Virus record (IMG/VR): IMGVR_UViG_3300027708_001637
DNA length: 64,000 nt
Strand: one strand, 5' to 3'
From: a virus
Shown: positions 37,156 through 48,296 of the stretch, one piece after another
Layout of the letters: each line of letters starts with the position of its first letter
Position numbering within the stretch: position 1 is the stretch's first letter
Translations under genes and position numbers: made by a program
The notes under the pieces: model-generated
What the model saw: only the letters and a program-made list of their open reading frames with translations
What the model was told of the DNA's origin: nothing
The model's database searches: none

Positions 37156-38463
37156 TTAACTCGTTATAGTTTGTAATTGTGCGTCTGCCAACTTTTGTGG
37201 CCAGTAGATAAATCTTTTTATGTGGCCATTAATGCCACCGTTTCCGTTGGGTAATGCACCGAGGCCCAATCTATCTAATGTAGGAAGTCCTGGAATTGAA
37301 CCACTTTGACTTACGCTTCCGTTAAATGATCCAGATATTGCAGTTTGATTATAACCAAAGGCCGCTTTAACAAGTGCTCCGCTAGCAACGTTGGCATTTA
37401 CTGCGTTTAAGTAAGCTGCGCCTCTCCATACCGCCACCTGTGTGCCGCCAGAGGCCGTGACGTATATGTACTGGATTGTGTTATTTTGATTGCTGTTAGC
37501 ATCGCAAAACGCTAGAACACGCGGATAATCTGTCTTAGCGGTGCTATAGGTGTTGTCTGCTTCAATATAAAAACTTCCCTGTGTGCCATTAAAGAAATTA
37601 TTATAACTTTGTCCAATTATTGCACAAGTTTCGTTCAGCCTAGATGCTTGCGCTGAACCAGTAGGAATGAGTGTTGTTGGAAAATAGCCAGCTTCAAATT
37701 GGGCGCCCCAAAGATACACACTGCCAGTGCCAGCACCGTAAGTTCCTATATAAAATGTTCCACCATTTGATGCTGTTGAAAATGTTCGCGTAACACTGCA
37801 TCTATACCATCCATTAGGGTATGGAGTAATGACTGAAGTGTTACCTGTAGCATTGGCAGTAATTTGTCCAGTTGCTAGATTAAATGTAGTTTGAAAATAC
37901 GAAGGACTAGTAATATAATCAGGTATTTCAAAAACCAAAGTGCTTGTGGTGCCTGCTTTACCAAATATGCTTTTTGTGTAAGTTGTTCCAGATGAAGCAA
38001 CGGCAAACGTACCATTTAAATAAGAATTTGTTGTTCCATTTGCATTGACATAAGATGCTGTTTGGTATCCGTCAGGAGATATTGCTGCATTATCGATCAC
38101 AGTATCCAACCCCCCAGATTTTCCCCAAAGGGAAAATGCCGATGAATTAGTATAAAGATTAGTACGAAATTCTTCTATTAATAATCCCTTGCATTGCCCA
38201 GTTATAGGATCATAATCAAACCTAGGTTGATTAGATGGGGAATAAGAAATATAACCATTTGCACCAACAAATGTGGCGCTACTTGCACGGGAAAAAGATA
38301 TTCTAGAATCTAATGATGTAGATCTAGTGAAGTTTAAATCAAGGGAAGGTTTGGCAGTTGTACGTGCTACACTAGTTGTCACTAAATTACTAGCCAAAGA
38401 TATGGTTGCGGTACTTTGTACCACAATGCCATTCTTGACTATAAAGTCATTCTGGTTTGCCAT
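37156..38463 (-). CDS. Fibre/adhesin protein with one LamG/ConA-like carbohydrate-binding module
   Basis: PSLDLNF...RASSATFVG...PRFDY...GLLIEE.RTNL followed by WGAQFE and C-terminal GHIKRFIYWP. Confidence 0.65.
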   Translation of the reverse strand: MANQNDFIVKNGIVVQSTATISLASNLVTTSVARTTAKPSLDLNFTRSTSLDSRISFSRASSATFVGANGYISYSPSNQPRFDYDPITGQCKGLLIEEFRTNLYTNSSAFSLWGKSGGLDTVIDNAAISPDGYQTASYVNANGTTNSYLNGTFAVASSGTTYTKSIFGKAGTTSTLVFEIPDYITSPSYFQTTFNLATGQITANATGNTSVITPYPNGWYRCSVTRTFSTASNGGTFYIGTYGAGTGSVYLWGAQFEAGYFPTTLIPTGSAQASRLNETCAIIGQSYNNFFNGTQGSFYIEADNTYSTAKTDYPRVLAFCDANSNQNNTIQYIYVTASGGTQVAVWRGAAYLNAVNANVASGALVKAAFGYNQTAISGSFNGSVSQSGSIPGLPTLDRLGLGALPNGNGGINGHIKRFIYWPQKLADAQLQTITS

Positions 38464-38480
38464 CTCGCTTCCCTTTCCAC

Positions 38481-38494
38481 GTAACGGCCGTTAC
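38481..38494. repeat. 14-bp perfect palindrome GTAACGGCCGTTAC in the leader of 37156..38463
   Basis: Self-complementary; lies between TAAATA (38506-38511) and the ATG at 38463. Confidence 0.8.
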
Positions 38495-38513
38495 ATTGTA
38501 TTGTTTATTTATA

Positions 38514-41276
38514 TTAAATTACGGTAAGCGATTGTGTTACAGTGTTTGCCAACTGTTCAGGATAATATACAATTCGTCTAATGTGGCCGCACCAAGCAGC
38601 ATCGCCATTGCCTATTCTTAAGTTATCGACAAGTTTTGGCAGTATTGTGGCTGTGCCAGTTGCTGAATTTGTATAATTTAAGGACGACATTTGGTTGCCA
38701 CTACTATAAGATAGTGCAAATTTAAATGTAGTATTGGTAGTAATATTTCCAACTAGAGGTTCAAATCTTGAAACATAAGAGTCATCTGCAATTTTAGGAT
38801 ACGCAGAATTTCCTACTCGGTAAAATCCAATTTTTTGACCATATGCTTGTGATATAGACACTGGCCATCTATAAAGAACTGGGGTTTCAGATACGACCGA
38901 GGCTGCATCTGCTTCTAGGTATAATGTTCCTTGATTAATATTAACCCAACTATTAAAGTTTGGTCCACTCATTGTTGCTAGATCTAATATCCTTGTTGCG
39001 GTAGCAGATCCTGTAGGGATATAACTTGTTACAAAATTTCCTTGCTCAATTTGTGCGCCCCAAACATGAATAGTGGAAGTATTAGTTTGATCCGCTATAA
39101 AATATGCACTATAAGTACCACCCAATACGTTAGTAAATGTTGTGCTGAATCTTTGCCAATTAGAAGTCAAATTTCCAGTATAATTTATTACTGACCTTAC
39201 TGTTGTGGTTGTTGTAGAAGTATTAGAATATGCAATAGATAATATAGTTCCAGACGGCGGAACTGTTCCTGAGTCTAATCTTGCCCAAACACTGGCTGTA
39301 TAAACTGTGCTAGAAGAATAAGTAATACTCCTTGCCAGATATTCGTTGCCGCCGCTGCCATTTCCAGTGACGCTGGCAGCAGTAGAGGATCCGTCTGGTG
39401 CAATTGCTGTTCCTATGTATGTGCTGTTAACCCCATAACTCCATAAACTTGGTGTCATTTGACCAGAATAAATTGCTAAATTAGTTCGTTGTTCTTCCAT
39501 CAACAATCCCAAACAAGTACCTGTGCTGGTAGTACTGTAATCAAATCTTGGAACGTTGTTGCCGACATATTTTATATAACCATCAGGTCCAATTAATGTT
39601 GCTCCGCTGGCACGATTAAATTGTATTCTTGGATCTAATACACCACGTAAGAAATTCAAATTAAGACTAGGCTGCTGTGTTGGTCGAGTTAAGTTAGTAA
39701 TATATAATTTATCTACATCAGGCACTTCTAAATTATTACCAATAACTACACCTTGTTTAACAACAAAGTTAGCTGTAGATGCCGCACTTGTTTTAATAAT
39801 AGAAGAACTTGCAAAATCTCGATCAGCAAAAGTAGTTGTAGTAGTCAACGCTTGTATTTGGCTAGGAGACAAAGTAGCAGGCCACCATTTGATTTTTCTC
39901 ACCCAACCGTCCAAATAATAGTTGGGACCACCACCACAATTCTGATTTCCAATTAATAAAGTATTACAAGGCTGTAAAAAATTATTGTAAACTATGGTAT
40001 TGCTAGATGTTGAAATTGCGCCTGTGGTGCCAGGGACAAGGAGTCCATCAGTCATACCGTAAGTAAAATTTGAGTCCCAGGCAATAACTGACCTATAAAT
40101 TTGCCCTGCGGTTATGTAGGTGCCATTATAGGGCCAAGAATTAACGTTGGAATAGTTGCTTTGATTTCGGCCAAGGTCGGGTACAGCAGCCGCGTTAGAT
40201 GAGGCAGCATTGATGCCAATGCCATAACCATTATAGCCAGCAGCAGCAGGATTAGTGAATCCAGTAACTCCTAATAATCCAGCAAGTGTTGTAGCAGATC
40301 CTTGAATTCCCTCCATCCATTCTGCAAATAATGTTCCGTTATTTTGATTCCAAACACTAGTTATGGACTGTCCCGCTATCTTAGCATCGTCATTACTTCT
40401 AGTTACTTGAGAAGCAAAAGTTGGAATATAACTAGTACCATAATTTGCTTGCCAAGTTGTAAACTGTGCAGTTTCCACTTGAGCACCCCACGAATAAATT
40501 CCGCTAACCCCGTCACCTGCAAATACAGTATTATTACTGTTATCTACTGGCTGAAAGGCAAACACATAGCTACCTGTTGTACTACTTGACAATGCAGTAA
40601 CTGCTATTCTATACCAATTATTTGCGTAAGGCACTATTGAAATAGTAGAACTATTAAGAACGCTTATTACAGACCCTGTAGATAGATCAATAACTGCACC
40701 ATAGTTAGTATTAGAAAATGCAGTATTTCCAAAATTCACCTGTGCCCGTGAATACCCCCCAGATTTTAACCAAATTGAACCTATATAATAAGTGCTAGTT
40801 GTCCCGCTCCAGTTTTTATAAACAATCGAACTACCCAAAGTTGTTGGTTTTAAAATAAAAGTTGCAGATTGAGTGCCATCTGGAGCGACAGCAGCATTGG
40901 CAGTTGGCAAATAATTGTTAGGTGCGGCGTTCATTGCCCACTGTGTTTGATCCTGACTGTAGGAAATAAGATTTGTTCTTTGTTCTTCTATCAACAAACC
41001 TCTAATTGTTCCTGTATTAGAGGGACTGTAATCAAATCTAGGTTGATTATTACTAACATATTTTATAAAACCATCTGACCCAACATAGGTAGCACCACTT
41101 GCTCGAGTAAATGATATTCTAGAATCTAATTGACCGTTTAAGAAATTTAAATTTAAAGTAGGTTGGCTGGCATTATCGTAAGATATTGTTTGAATATTTT
41201 CCAATGTACTAATAGTCGCAGTGTTTCTCACCACAATACTGTTTTTGACTTTGAAGTCCGTTTGATATGTTGTCAT
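38514..41276 (-). CDS. Fibre/adhesin protein with two tandem copies of the same module
   Basis: PTLNLNF...RASGAT..G.DG...PRFDY...GLL.EEQRTNL, WGAQ.E and G..R.I..(W/Y)P each occur twice. Confidence 0.65.
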   Translation of the reverse strand: MTTYQTDFKVKNSIVVRNTATISTLENIQTISYDNASQPTLNLNFLNGQLDSRISFTRASGATYVGSDGFIKYVSNNQPRFDYSPSNTGTIRGLLIEEQRTNLISYSQDQTQWAMNAAPNNYLPTANAAVAPDGTQSATFILKPTTLGSSIVYKNWSGTTSTYYIGSIWLKSGGYSRAQVNFGNTAFSNTNYGAVIDLSTGSVISVLNSSTISIVPYANNWYRIAVTALSSSTTGSYVFAFQPVDNSNNTVFAGDGVSGIYSWGAQVETAQFTTWQANYGTSYIPTFASQVTRSNDDAKIAGQSITSVWNQNNGTLFAEWMEGIQGSATTLAGLLGVTGFTNPAAAGYNGYGIGINAASSNAAAVPDLGRNQSNYSNVNSWPYNGTYITAGQIYRSVIAWDSNFTYGMTDGLLVPGTTGAISTSSNTIVYNNFLQPCNTLLIGNQNCGGGPNYYLDGWVRKIKWWPATLSPSQIQALTTTTTFADRDFASSSIIKTSAASTANFVVKQGVVIGNNLEVPDVDKLYITNLTRPTQQPSLNLNFLRGVLDPRIQFNRASGATLIGPDGYIKYVGNNVPRFDYSTTSTGTCLGLLMEEQRTNLAIYSGQMTPSLWSYGVNSTYIGTAIAPDGSSTAASVTGNGSGGNEYLARSITYSSSTVYTASVWARLDSGTVPPSGTILSIAYSNTSTTTTTVRSVINYTGNLTSNWQRFSTTFTNVLGGTYSAYFIADQTNTSTIHVWGAQIEQGNFVTSYIPTGSATATRILDLATMSGPNFNSWVNINQGTLYLEADAASVVSETPVLYRWPVSISQAYGQKIGFYRVGNSAYPKIADDSYVSRFEPLVGNITTNTTFKFALSYSSGNQMSSLNYTNSATGTATILPKLVDNLRIGNGDAAWCGHIRRIVYYPEQLANTVTQSLTVI

Positions 41277-41329
41277 TGGATATTATTTGTTTTACCTGTT
41301 GAATATTTATTCGTTTAAAAGACACCGTT

Positions 41330-41355
41330 AAAAAAGGGGCACCTAGCCCCTTTTT
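41330..41355 (-). terminator. Rho-independent terminator
   Basis: AAAAAAGGGGC-ACCTA-GCCCC-TTTTT, just after the stop of 41372..45124. Confidence 0.9.
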
Positions 41356-41371
41356 GTTGAATAACTTTACG

Positions 41372-44300
41372 TTATGTAGTGATACCTAAACGCGACACTT
41401 TAATAGTCATTGCAGTTGCAGCAGGACTTGGAGTAAATGTCAGTGTTACTGTGCCAACTGTGCTGGTGTTGTTGGCATCAAATGCACCTAATTCGCCTTG
41501 GTTAGTACTAATACCATATTGGTTCATATATACGTTTGTCCAATCAGTAAACACTGTCATTTCTGTAACGTGAACTTTTCCACTGTCAACAATTTGTATA
41601 ACATATCTAGCAGTTCTATAACTACTGGTTGTCCAGCTATCCAAAGTAACTGTGCTAGATCCTGCTAGTACGGGACTAGTATAAGTAGCAAACGCAGTAT
41701 TTCCGCCTGAGAACGTATAAATTGGTGTGCCAGTAGCTGCACTTTGTAATCCAGCATAAACAGTTCCACCAACGTTTACTGCTCCAGTTATGCCTGCACC
41801 ACCAGCAACAATTAATGCACCAGATCCAGTTCCGTTAGATACTGCACCACTATTAGCAACTAATTGACCGCTGGAAGTTGTAATACCAGAAACAAGTAAG
41901 TTGTTAGCGCTTAATTGATTATTGTTTAAGTTATATGTTAATCCAGAAGTTGCAGTTGTAATACCTGGAGTAAATTGGAATAGAACCTGTTGCGCGGAGA
42001 AACCACCAATGTTGGTTGCAGTTGTAGCATTTCCTGCTGTTATGCTACTTGAAGCTGCCCAGGTTGCAGTAGTTGCCCCAGCAGTCAATACATAACCGCT
42101 TGTTCCCAATGGGATAAATCCAGTAACACCAGGACTTACTTGAATTGGAATACTACCTGTAGCGCCGCCTGCAACGTTAGTAGCAGTTGTGGCACTGAAT
42201 GCAAAAGTTGCAGTAGTAGCAACACCAGTTAAGGCACCGTAGAATGTTGTAGCAGTTACCAAACCGCCAACATATAAACTACCAGCAATACCAGCACCGC
42301 CAGAAACTTGTAGTGCGCCAGAATTAGTTGAACTTGCATTAATTGTGCTTGGAACGGAAACTACGCCAGTTGCATTTAACACCAAAGTGCTAGTAGTTCC
42401 TATACCGCCAGTGTAGAATGTTAAATTACTACCTGTATTAACACTAATACGGCCGTTGTTAGCAGCATAATCAACTACAATACCACTGGTAAGCGCAGTG
42501 ACATATGTACCACTTGCATAAAATCCGGCACCAGCAGTAACTGAACCGCCGGCGTTTACGTTAAGACCAATACCAACACCGCCTGCAACTTGCAATGCAC
42601 CGCTAGTTGTGTTGGTTGCGTTTGTTGTTCCAGTTAAGACTTGATTGGTAGCAGTAACTGTCCCGCCAACAACTAATCCCAATCCAATACCAGCACCACC
42701 AAAAACTTGCAATGCGCCAGTATTAGTTGAGCTTGCGTTAGTAGTTCCATTAATAATATGACTTGTTGAAGTTACAATACCTCCAACATACATACTACCA
42801 GCAATACCAGCACCGCCATAAACAACCAGTACACCTGTATTTGTTGAACTTGCTATAGTGTTAGCTGGATTGATAGTCATTGCCAACTGGTTAAGCAATA
42901 CAGTGGCACTTGTAGCCGCAACTACAAACTTGATGTTGGTTCCAGTAGTTGTTGTTCCAAATGCCAAATCACCGTTACCAGCAACAGCATTTGGTCCAAC
43001 CATGATATAACCATCATTTGGACTTAATATTTGCCCTAAGCTATATGGTTGAGTGCCGTCCCAATTGCTATTGGTAATGCCCATGTCAATGTAGCCGTTG
43101 TTAGTACCAACGTTATCTGCACTTACTACAACATCAGCACTAGACTTTGTACCAGTGTTTACGTTTTGAACGTTGACTTCCATGTAACCATTAAAGTTAC
43201 CTGTAAATTGTGCCATTGTTTGTGCAAATGGTGTATATCCCAATACACCTGCATACAATGCGCCATTACCAGTTGCATCGCCATAGAACTGAGCATTTGT
43301 ACCAGTAAGGTTATTAATAACAACGTTAGTACCAGTAATGTTACCTTGTACGTTTAAGTTACCAGTGATCCACGTATCACCGGATACCTTTAATGATTTG
43401 TCAACACCAACACCACCCTGTACATATAGCGCATTTGCTGAATTAGAGCTTGTACTTGCATTTAAACTTGTAATAACTGCGGTGGTAGCTGTTAAGTTTT
43501 GTCCAATAGTAACACTACCATTTGGCACGGTTAGTGCAACACCAGTACCAGTAACACTAACGTTAACAAATGTACCAGTTGTACCTTGAATTGTATCTAA
43601 ACCAATTCCGTCCAAATAAATGTTGCCAGCAACGTTAAGGTTTCCGCCAACCCACATATCTTTAGTTACAGTTGCTCCACCAACAACTGTTAGTGCGCCG
43701 CCGCCAGTACTTGTAAAGTTTATAGCATTATTGTTACTATTTGCTACAATGTTTGTAGCGGTAAATGTAGTACCATTAAAAGTTAAACCAGCACTGAATG
43801 TTGTTTGACCAGGATTTGTTTGATACGGAATTTGATCTTTTAAACCAGCAGCAATATTACTTGCTGTACTAGCATTACCTGCACTCAATCCACTTGGTGA
43901 TGTCCAAACAGGTATACCGCCAACCAAATATAACAATTGACCGTTTGTGCCAGACGATACAAATGCCGTCACATTGGCATTAGATTGGTAAACAAGTTGG
44001 CCAAGGCCGTTTGTTGTACCACCATATAAATTAGCACCAGTCCCAATTGCGCCTGCACCTGGGCCACCCAAGTATCCAATGAAATTACTTGCAGTTACTG
44101 CGCCGCCGACAAAAGCTCCGCCAGCAACACCAATGCTACCTGCTACTTGCAAGGCGCCTGTATTAGTAGAACTTGCAGCGGTTGTGGCATTAATTTTTAA
44201 ACCGTTGGCAGTATACCAGTAGCCCGGAGTTGTTCCGCCATCATATAAGAATGTAGCATAGGCCTGTGATGTTACTGTATTACCAATTTGTAAACCAGAT

Positions 44301-45124
44301 CCGGACGCTAGTGCGGCACTAGTAGTACCAGACGACAGTGTTAATACATTATCAACAGTGGCAATATCGTGTTTATTAACAATAAACTGTGTACCGTCGA
44401 CATATAAGTCTCCTGCCAAAAAGGTATTTCCGCCAACCCATAATTGACCAGCAATGGCAGCACCACCGCTGTTAGTTACTTGTAAAGCACCTGTTCCATT
44501 CGCAGCGCCGGTGGGATTAGAACCTTGACTTATTGTTACAATACCGCCTATACCAGCAGAGCCTGTAACTGTTAAACTAGTTGCAGAGAATAAAGTAGCA
44601 GTTACCGCAGCAAGTGTACTTTGACCAGTAACATTTAGTGAACCGCCAATTGTTTCATTGCCTGTTACAGTTATACTGGTAGCAGAGAATAAAGTAGCAG
44701 TTACCGCAGCAAGTGTACTTTGACCAGTAACATTTAGTGAACCAGTAATACTTTCATTACCATTAACTGTTACGCTAGTAGCGGTGAATAGTGTAGCAGT
44801 TACTGTAGAAAATATACTTTGACCAGTAACAGTAACACTGGTAGCTGATAATAAAGTAGCAGTTACCGCAGCAAGTGTACTTTGACCAGTAACATTTAAT
44901 GTACTATTTACAGTAACTGGTTGATTGACCGTTAACGAGCCATATAGTGTAGTAGGACCATATATACTTGCAGTTGTACCAACAATCAAGTTGGCTGCAA
45001 TAGCCGCTCCGCTATTTACTTGCAGAGCACCAGATTGCGCGGTACTCGAGGTAACCGCACTCGTACCTTTTATAACCACGCCTGCTTGCGTTATAAAATC
45101 TTTGCCAATTGATGTTAGTGCCAT
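41372..45124 (-). CDS. Long fibre protein (1250 aa) with many STxTGAL.V.GG.GI shaft repeats and a C-terminal YRTARYVIQ domain
   Basis: Thr/Gly/Ala/Asn-rich. N-terminal near-tandem LNVTGQSTLAAVTATL repeats. Confidence 0.7.
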   Translation of the reverse strand: MALTSIGKDFITQAGVVIKGTSAVTSSTAQSGALQVNSGAAIAANLIVGTTASIYGPTTLYGSLTVNQPVTVNSTLNVTGQSTLAAVTATLLSATSVTVTGQSIFSTVTATLFTATSVTVNGNESITGSLNVTGQSTLAAVTATLFSATSITVTGNETIGGSLNVTGQSTLAAVTATLFSATSLTVTGSAGIGGIVTISQGSNPTGAANGTGALQVTNSGGAAIAGQLWVGGNTFLAGDLYVDGTQFIVNKHDIATVDNVLTLSSGTTSAALASGSGLQIGNTVTSQAYATFLYDGGTTPGYWYTANGLKINATTAASSTNTGALQVAGSIGVAGGAFVGGAVTASNFIGYLGGPGAGAIGTGANLYGGTTNGLGQLVYQSNANVTAFVSSGTNGQLLYLVGGIPVWTSPSGLSAGNASTASNIAAGLKDQIPYQTNPGQTTFSAGLTFNGTTFTATNIVANSNNNAINFTSTGGGALTVVGGATVTKDMWVGGNLNVAGNIYLDGIGLDTIQGTTGTFVNVSVTGTGVALTVPNGSVTIGQNLTATTAVITSLNASTSSNSANALYVQGGVGVDKSLKVSGDTWITGNLNVQGNITGTNVVINNLTGTNAQFYGDATGNGALYAGVLGYTPFAQTMAQFTGNFNGYMEVNVQNVNTGTKSSADVVVSADNVGTNNGYIDMGITNSNWDGTQPYSLGQILSPNDGYIMVGPNAVAGNGDLAFGTTTTGTNIKFVVAATSATVLLNQLAMTINPANTIASSTNTGVLVVYGGAGIAGSMYVGGIVTSTSHIINGTTNASSTNTGALQVFGGAGIGLGLVVGGTVTATNQVLTGTTNATNTTSGALQVAGGVGIGLNVNAGGSVTAGAGFYASGTYVTALTSGIVVDYAANNGRISVNTGSNLTFYTGGIGTTSTLVLNATGVVSVPSTINASSTNSGALQVSGGAGIAGSLYVGGLVTATTFYGALTGVATTATFAFSATTATNVAGGATGSIPIQVSPGVTGFIPLGTSGYVLTAGATTATWAASSSITAGNATTATNIGGFSAQQVLFQFTPGITTATSGLTYNLNNNQLSANNLLVSGITTSSGQLVANSGAVSNGTGSGALIVAGGAGITGAVNVGGTVYAGLQSAATGTPIYTFSGGNTAFATYTSPVLAGSSTVTLDSWTTSSYRTARYVIQIVDSGKVHVTEMTVFTDWTNVYMNQYGISTNQGELGAFDANNTSTVGTVTLTFTPSPAATAMTIKVSRLGITT

Positions 45125-45142
45125 TTCAACTTCCTTGTTTTA

Positions 45143-46204
45143 TTAAGAACTTAGTCCCGTTCTTAGTATTTTTAAAATCTTTTCTGAGTCTTCATAAGGC
45201 GTAAAATACAAATTTACATTATTTGTTATAATATCCAATGACGCAGAAAATTCCCCTAATTCTTTCACTGATGATAATACAGCATATTCAGTTGCATATA
45301 TTGTACCCATATTATCTATCAATAATAATATCTCAATTACTTGGAATTGTGCACTAGGACCAGTACCACTATCAATCTGTATCAAATATTTTGCAGATCT
45401 AAAAGTGCTATAAGGGTAATAATCCACAACTACCGTTGCTGTATTATTTACCATAATTGACATAGAATCAAAGATTGCATCTGCAATCTGAACACTTTCT
45501 GAGTTTATTCGACCTGCCACCCCTAAGCCGCCAGCAATTGTTACGGCCCCTGTAGTACTTGATGTGGATTGAGTGGTATTAGAAAACGATATCTGCTGGT
45601 CAGACGTTGCGCCACGCTCTGTTACGCTTTGTAATGTACTAATGTCACTAAAATATACTACCCCTGTATCAGTTGCGGTAATTAAAATATCAGTACCGGC
45701 TCCAATTTGGCCCGCAAACGTTGAAGTGGTTAAAACCGTGTGTCCTTGGACAAAAAAATCGCCGCCAATCCAAAGATCGCCGCCAATACCAACACTGCCA
45801 GTAACAACTAATGCACCAGTTGTTGTTCCCGTAGACCCGCTATTATTACTAATAGCAATTGGGTTATTTGTTGTTGAACCTCGATTTGTAACTGATTGCA
45901 GAGTACTAGTATTCCATACAGTAACAACACCAACGTTTGCACTTACAGCAGTATCTGTACCAGCATATAGTGCAGTAACAGCTCTAGTTATTAAGGTGCT
46001 AGACGTTATAACCACAGATCCATTAACGGTGATTGTACCACTACCAACTGATATAGTAGAAGTTCCGGTACCCACAGTAATTGATTTGGGATTTTGTGCT
46101 GCTTGAACCTGTATGGCCCAAGCATTTCCATTCCAAATATAAGTTTGGGTACCTAATGTGTATGTATCGCCTAGGGCAGGGTTTGAGGGAAATCCTAATG
46201 ACAT
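45143..46204 (-). CDS. Fibre-like structural protein with an N-terminal FPSNP..GDTY motif and a C-terminal FRSAKYLIQ domain
   Basis: C-terminal domain is paralogous to that of 41372..45124; one shaft repeat. Confidence 0.6.
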   Translation of the reverse strand: MSLGFPSNPALGDTYTLGTQTYIWNGNAWAIQVQAAQNPKSITVGTGTSTISVGSGTITVNGSVVITSSTLITRAVTALYAGTDTAVSANVGVVTVWNTSTLQSVTNRGSTTNNPIAISNNSGSTGTTTGALVVTGSVGIGGDLWIGGDFFVQGHTVLTTSTFAGQIGAGTDILITATDTGVVYFSDISTLQSVTERGATSDQQISFSNTTQSTSSTTGAVTIAGGLGVAGRINSESVQIADAIFDSMSIMVNNTATVVVDYYPYSTFRSAKYLIQIDSGTGPSAQFQVIEILLLIDNMGTIYATEYAVLSSVKELGEFSASLDIITNNVNLYFTPYEDSEKILKILRTGLSS

Positions 46205-46217
46205 AGTTTAAACTCTT

Positions 46218-48284
46218 TTATAATATTGTTATTTGTAACCAAAACTTATTTCCACCATCGTTAATCCATTGATAATAAGCAAGGCTATTTAAATCAATCC
46301 AAATGTCTCCAACGTGATTGGTAGCAGTAGTAGGGGGTGTGGGGGATACGCTCACTTTTGGAGAATATAGTAGATAATTTTCTTGATTATTACCATCACG
46401 ACTACGAACATTACCTTTTACTCCGATGCCGCCGGCAACTGTCAATGCTCCAGTAGTAGTACTAGTACTTGCAAGGGTTGATGTAATTGTTGCTTTGGTA
46501 ACAGATAGTTTGCTGTCAGAGGTATCGTAACTAAGATTGCTATCCCCGTCAATTAGACTAAAATCACCAATTACTTCTGCTAGTGCTGGATAATATAATG
46601 TGCTTGGCAATACATTTTGAACAAAAATATTGTACGTATTAGTTGACGTAGATGCAGTATGTGCATTAATTCCGCCAGATGCACCTTGATTGTAACTAAC
46701 TTCATTAGTAATAGTATTATAAAACAACACATAATTAGTTGCAATTGAAGGTAATCCGCCAATATACATATTACCTTGAATGCCAACGCCGCCAACGACT
46801 GTTAGTGCACCAGTGATACTACTGATACTAGTAGTACTTGACAAAATTTCTAAAGTTTGAGATTGTAAATCTAAGAAATGCCCATCCCTAGGTTGGGTAG
46901 ATCCAATAAACATATTATCTATATTTCCAGGGTGCAAAGATTGTGGATAGATAGTAACTGTACCGCCAGCTTGTGGTTCAATATTTACACTGCCGTCGAT
47001 GGGGCTTAATGTTACTGTACCCGGTCCCTGGACAGATAAATTTTTACCAATATATAAACTCTTGCTAATTCCAACACCGCCATAAACATTTAATGCGCCA
47101 GTGCTAGTTGCGTCAGTGGCTTCATCACCTAAGCCAAGGCCCACATTTGTGTCTAGTTCTAAATATCCACCACCATTGTAATAAATGGCTGAGCCAATGC
47201 TAATTTGACTATCTAACCCGTCAACTAATCTGTTTCCACCAAGAGAAATATTAAAATTACCGCGGGTCATATTGCCCACATCTTGATTTCCTATGAAAAA
47301 GTTATAACTACCAGTTGTAAATTGATTAGATACTTGATGTCCTATAAAGAAATTACTGACGCCTTCATAAAATTTTGAAGCTGCTCCAGTACCAATAGCA
47401 ATATTGTTTTCAGTAGTCCACGTTCTTGACACAGTACCACTATTAACATATGAGTGGGTAGTACGAATTGGTGTTACTAAATTTGGATCATAGATTGAGA
47501 ATAATTCAAGCGTATTATTATTAACAATATTTACAAGATAATGGTTTCCATTTAACTCCGTAGTCCCAACTACATTATTAATAACTACTTCAGTTCCAGT
47601 AGATAATCCGTGGCCCGCAACGGTGACTAATGTAGTAGTACCTGTTGCAATAGCAGAAATATTTCCTATTAATACCGATTTAATTGTACCAGCTGATTGT
47701 AAACTGTTGTTACCAATAGCAATAGTATTAACAAGATTAGTCCCTGTTCCCAATGCATAACTGCCAAGAGCAATTGTGTTTAAAGATTTGTTGATACCAG
47801 CTAGTGTATTATAACCAATGGCAATGCTATTTTCCCCGTCAGCTATTGTTTGACCCTGCGTACTAGCAACTCCACGCATTACAATATTGTTATATCCTTG
47901 ATACCCTTGTCCAATTTGTAACCCATTGACATAAATGTCTTTACCAGTGTACAAACCGTCTGCAATACCAATACCGCCCTGAACAACTAATACTCCAGTA
48001 TTGGTACTGGTGTTAGCTTGCGAGCCAGAAACAATAACTGTACTAGTTCCTGTACCTAATAATTGAATACTATGAGAAGGAACATTGCTATATATGGTAC
48101 TTGAAGTAAATTGTAGATCACCTAAACTACTAACAAAGGTGGCTTTTGAATTTGAATCAGTAATTAATGTATAACCAGTACTTGTCGTTGGGGTTGGGCC
48201 AAGTTTGTATTGAAGAGTACCTACATTTGCATAGTCTGTTGGCGAACTTTTGTTAAGTTTTGATCCGCTTAATAATGATGGCAT
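46218..48284 (-). CDS. Fibre-like structural protein (688 aa)
   Basis: Shaft repeats TGAL.V.GG.GI, a few Cys-free NxIAIG repeats, and C-terminal GDIWID. Confidence 0.6.
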   Translation of the reverse strand: MPSLLSGSKLNKSSPTDYANVGTLQYKLGPTPTTSTGYTLITDSNSKATFVSSLGDLQFTSSTIYSNVPSHSIQLLGTGTSTVIVSGSQANTSTNTGVLVVQGGIGIADGLYTGKDIYVNGLQIGQGYQGYNNIVMRGVASTQGQTIADGENSIAIGYNTLAGINKSLNTIALGSYALGTGTNLVNTIAIGNNSLQSAGTIKSVLIGNISAIATGTTTLVTVAGHGLSTGTEVVINNVVGTTELNGNHYLVNIVNNNTLELFSIYDPNLVTPIRTTHSYVNSGTVSRTWTTENNIAIGTGAASKFYEGVSNFFIGHQVSNQFTTGSYNFFIGNQDVGNMTRGNFNISLGGNRLVDGLDSQISIGSAIYYNGGGYLELDTNVGLGLGDEATDATSTGALNVYGGVGISKSLYIGKNLSVQGPGTVTLSPIDGSVNIEPQAGGTVTIYPQSLHPGNIDNMFIGSTQPRDGHFLDLQSQTLEILSSTTSISSITGALTVVGGVGIQGNMYIGGLPSIATNYVLFYNTITNEVSYNQGASGGINAHTASTSTNTYNIFVQNVLPSTLYYPALAEVIGDFSLIDGDSNLSYDTSDSKLSVTKATITSTLASTSTTTGALTVAGGIGVKGNVRSRDGNNQENYLLYSPKVSVSPTPPTTATNHVGDIWIDLNSLAYYQWINDGGNKFWLQITIL

Positions 48285-48296
48285 TGTGTTATCCTA

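Noticed and set aside
45573-46106. 177-aa plus-strand ORF and the many other 60-130 aa plus-strand ORFs in the fibre array
   Set aside because: Antisense shadows of Thr/Gly/Asn-rich genes whose reverse complement is stop-poor.
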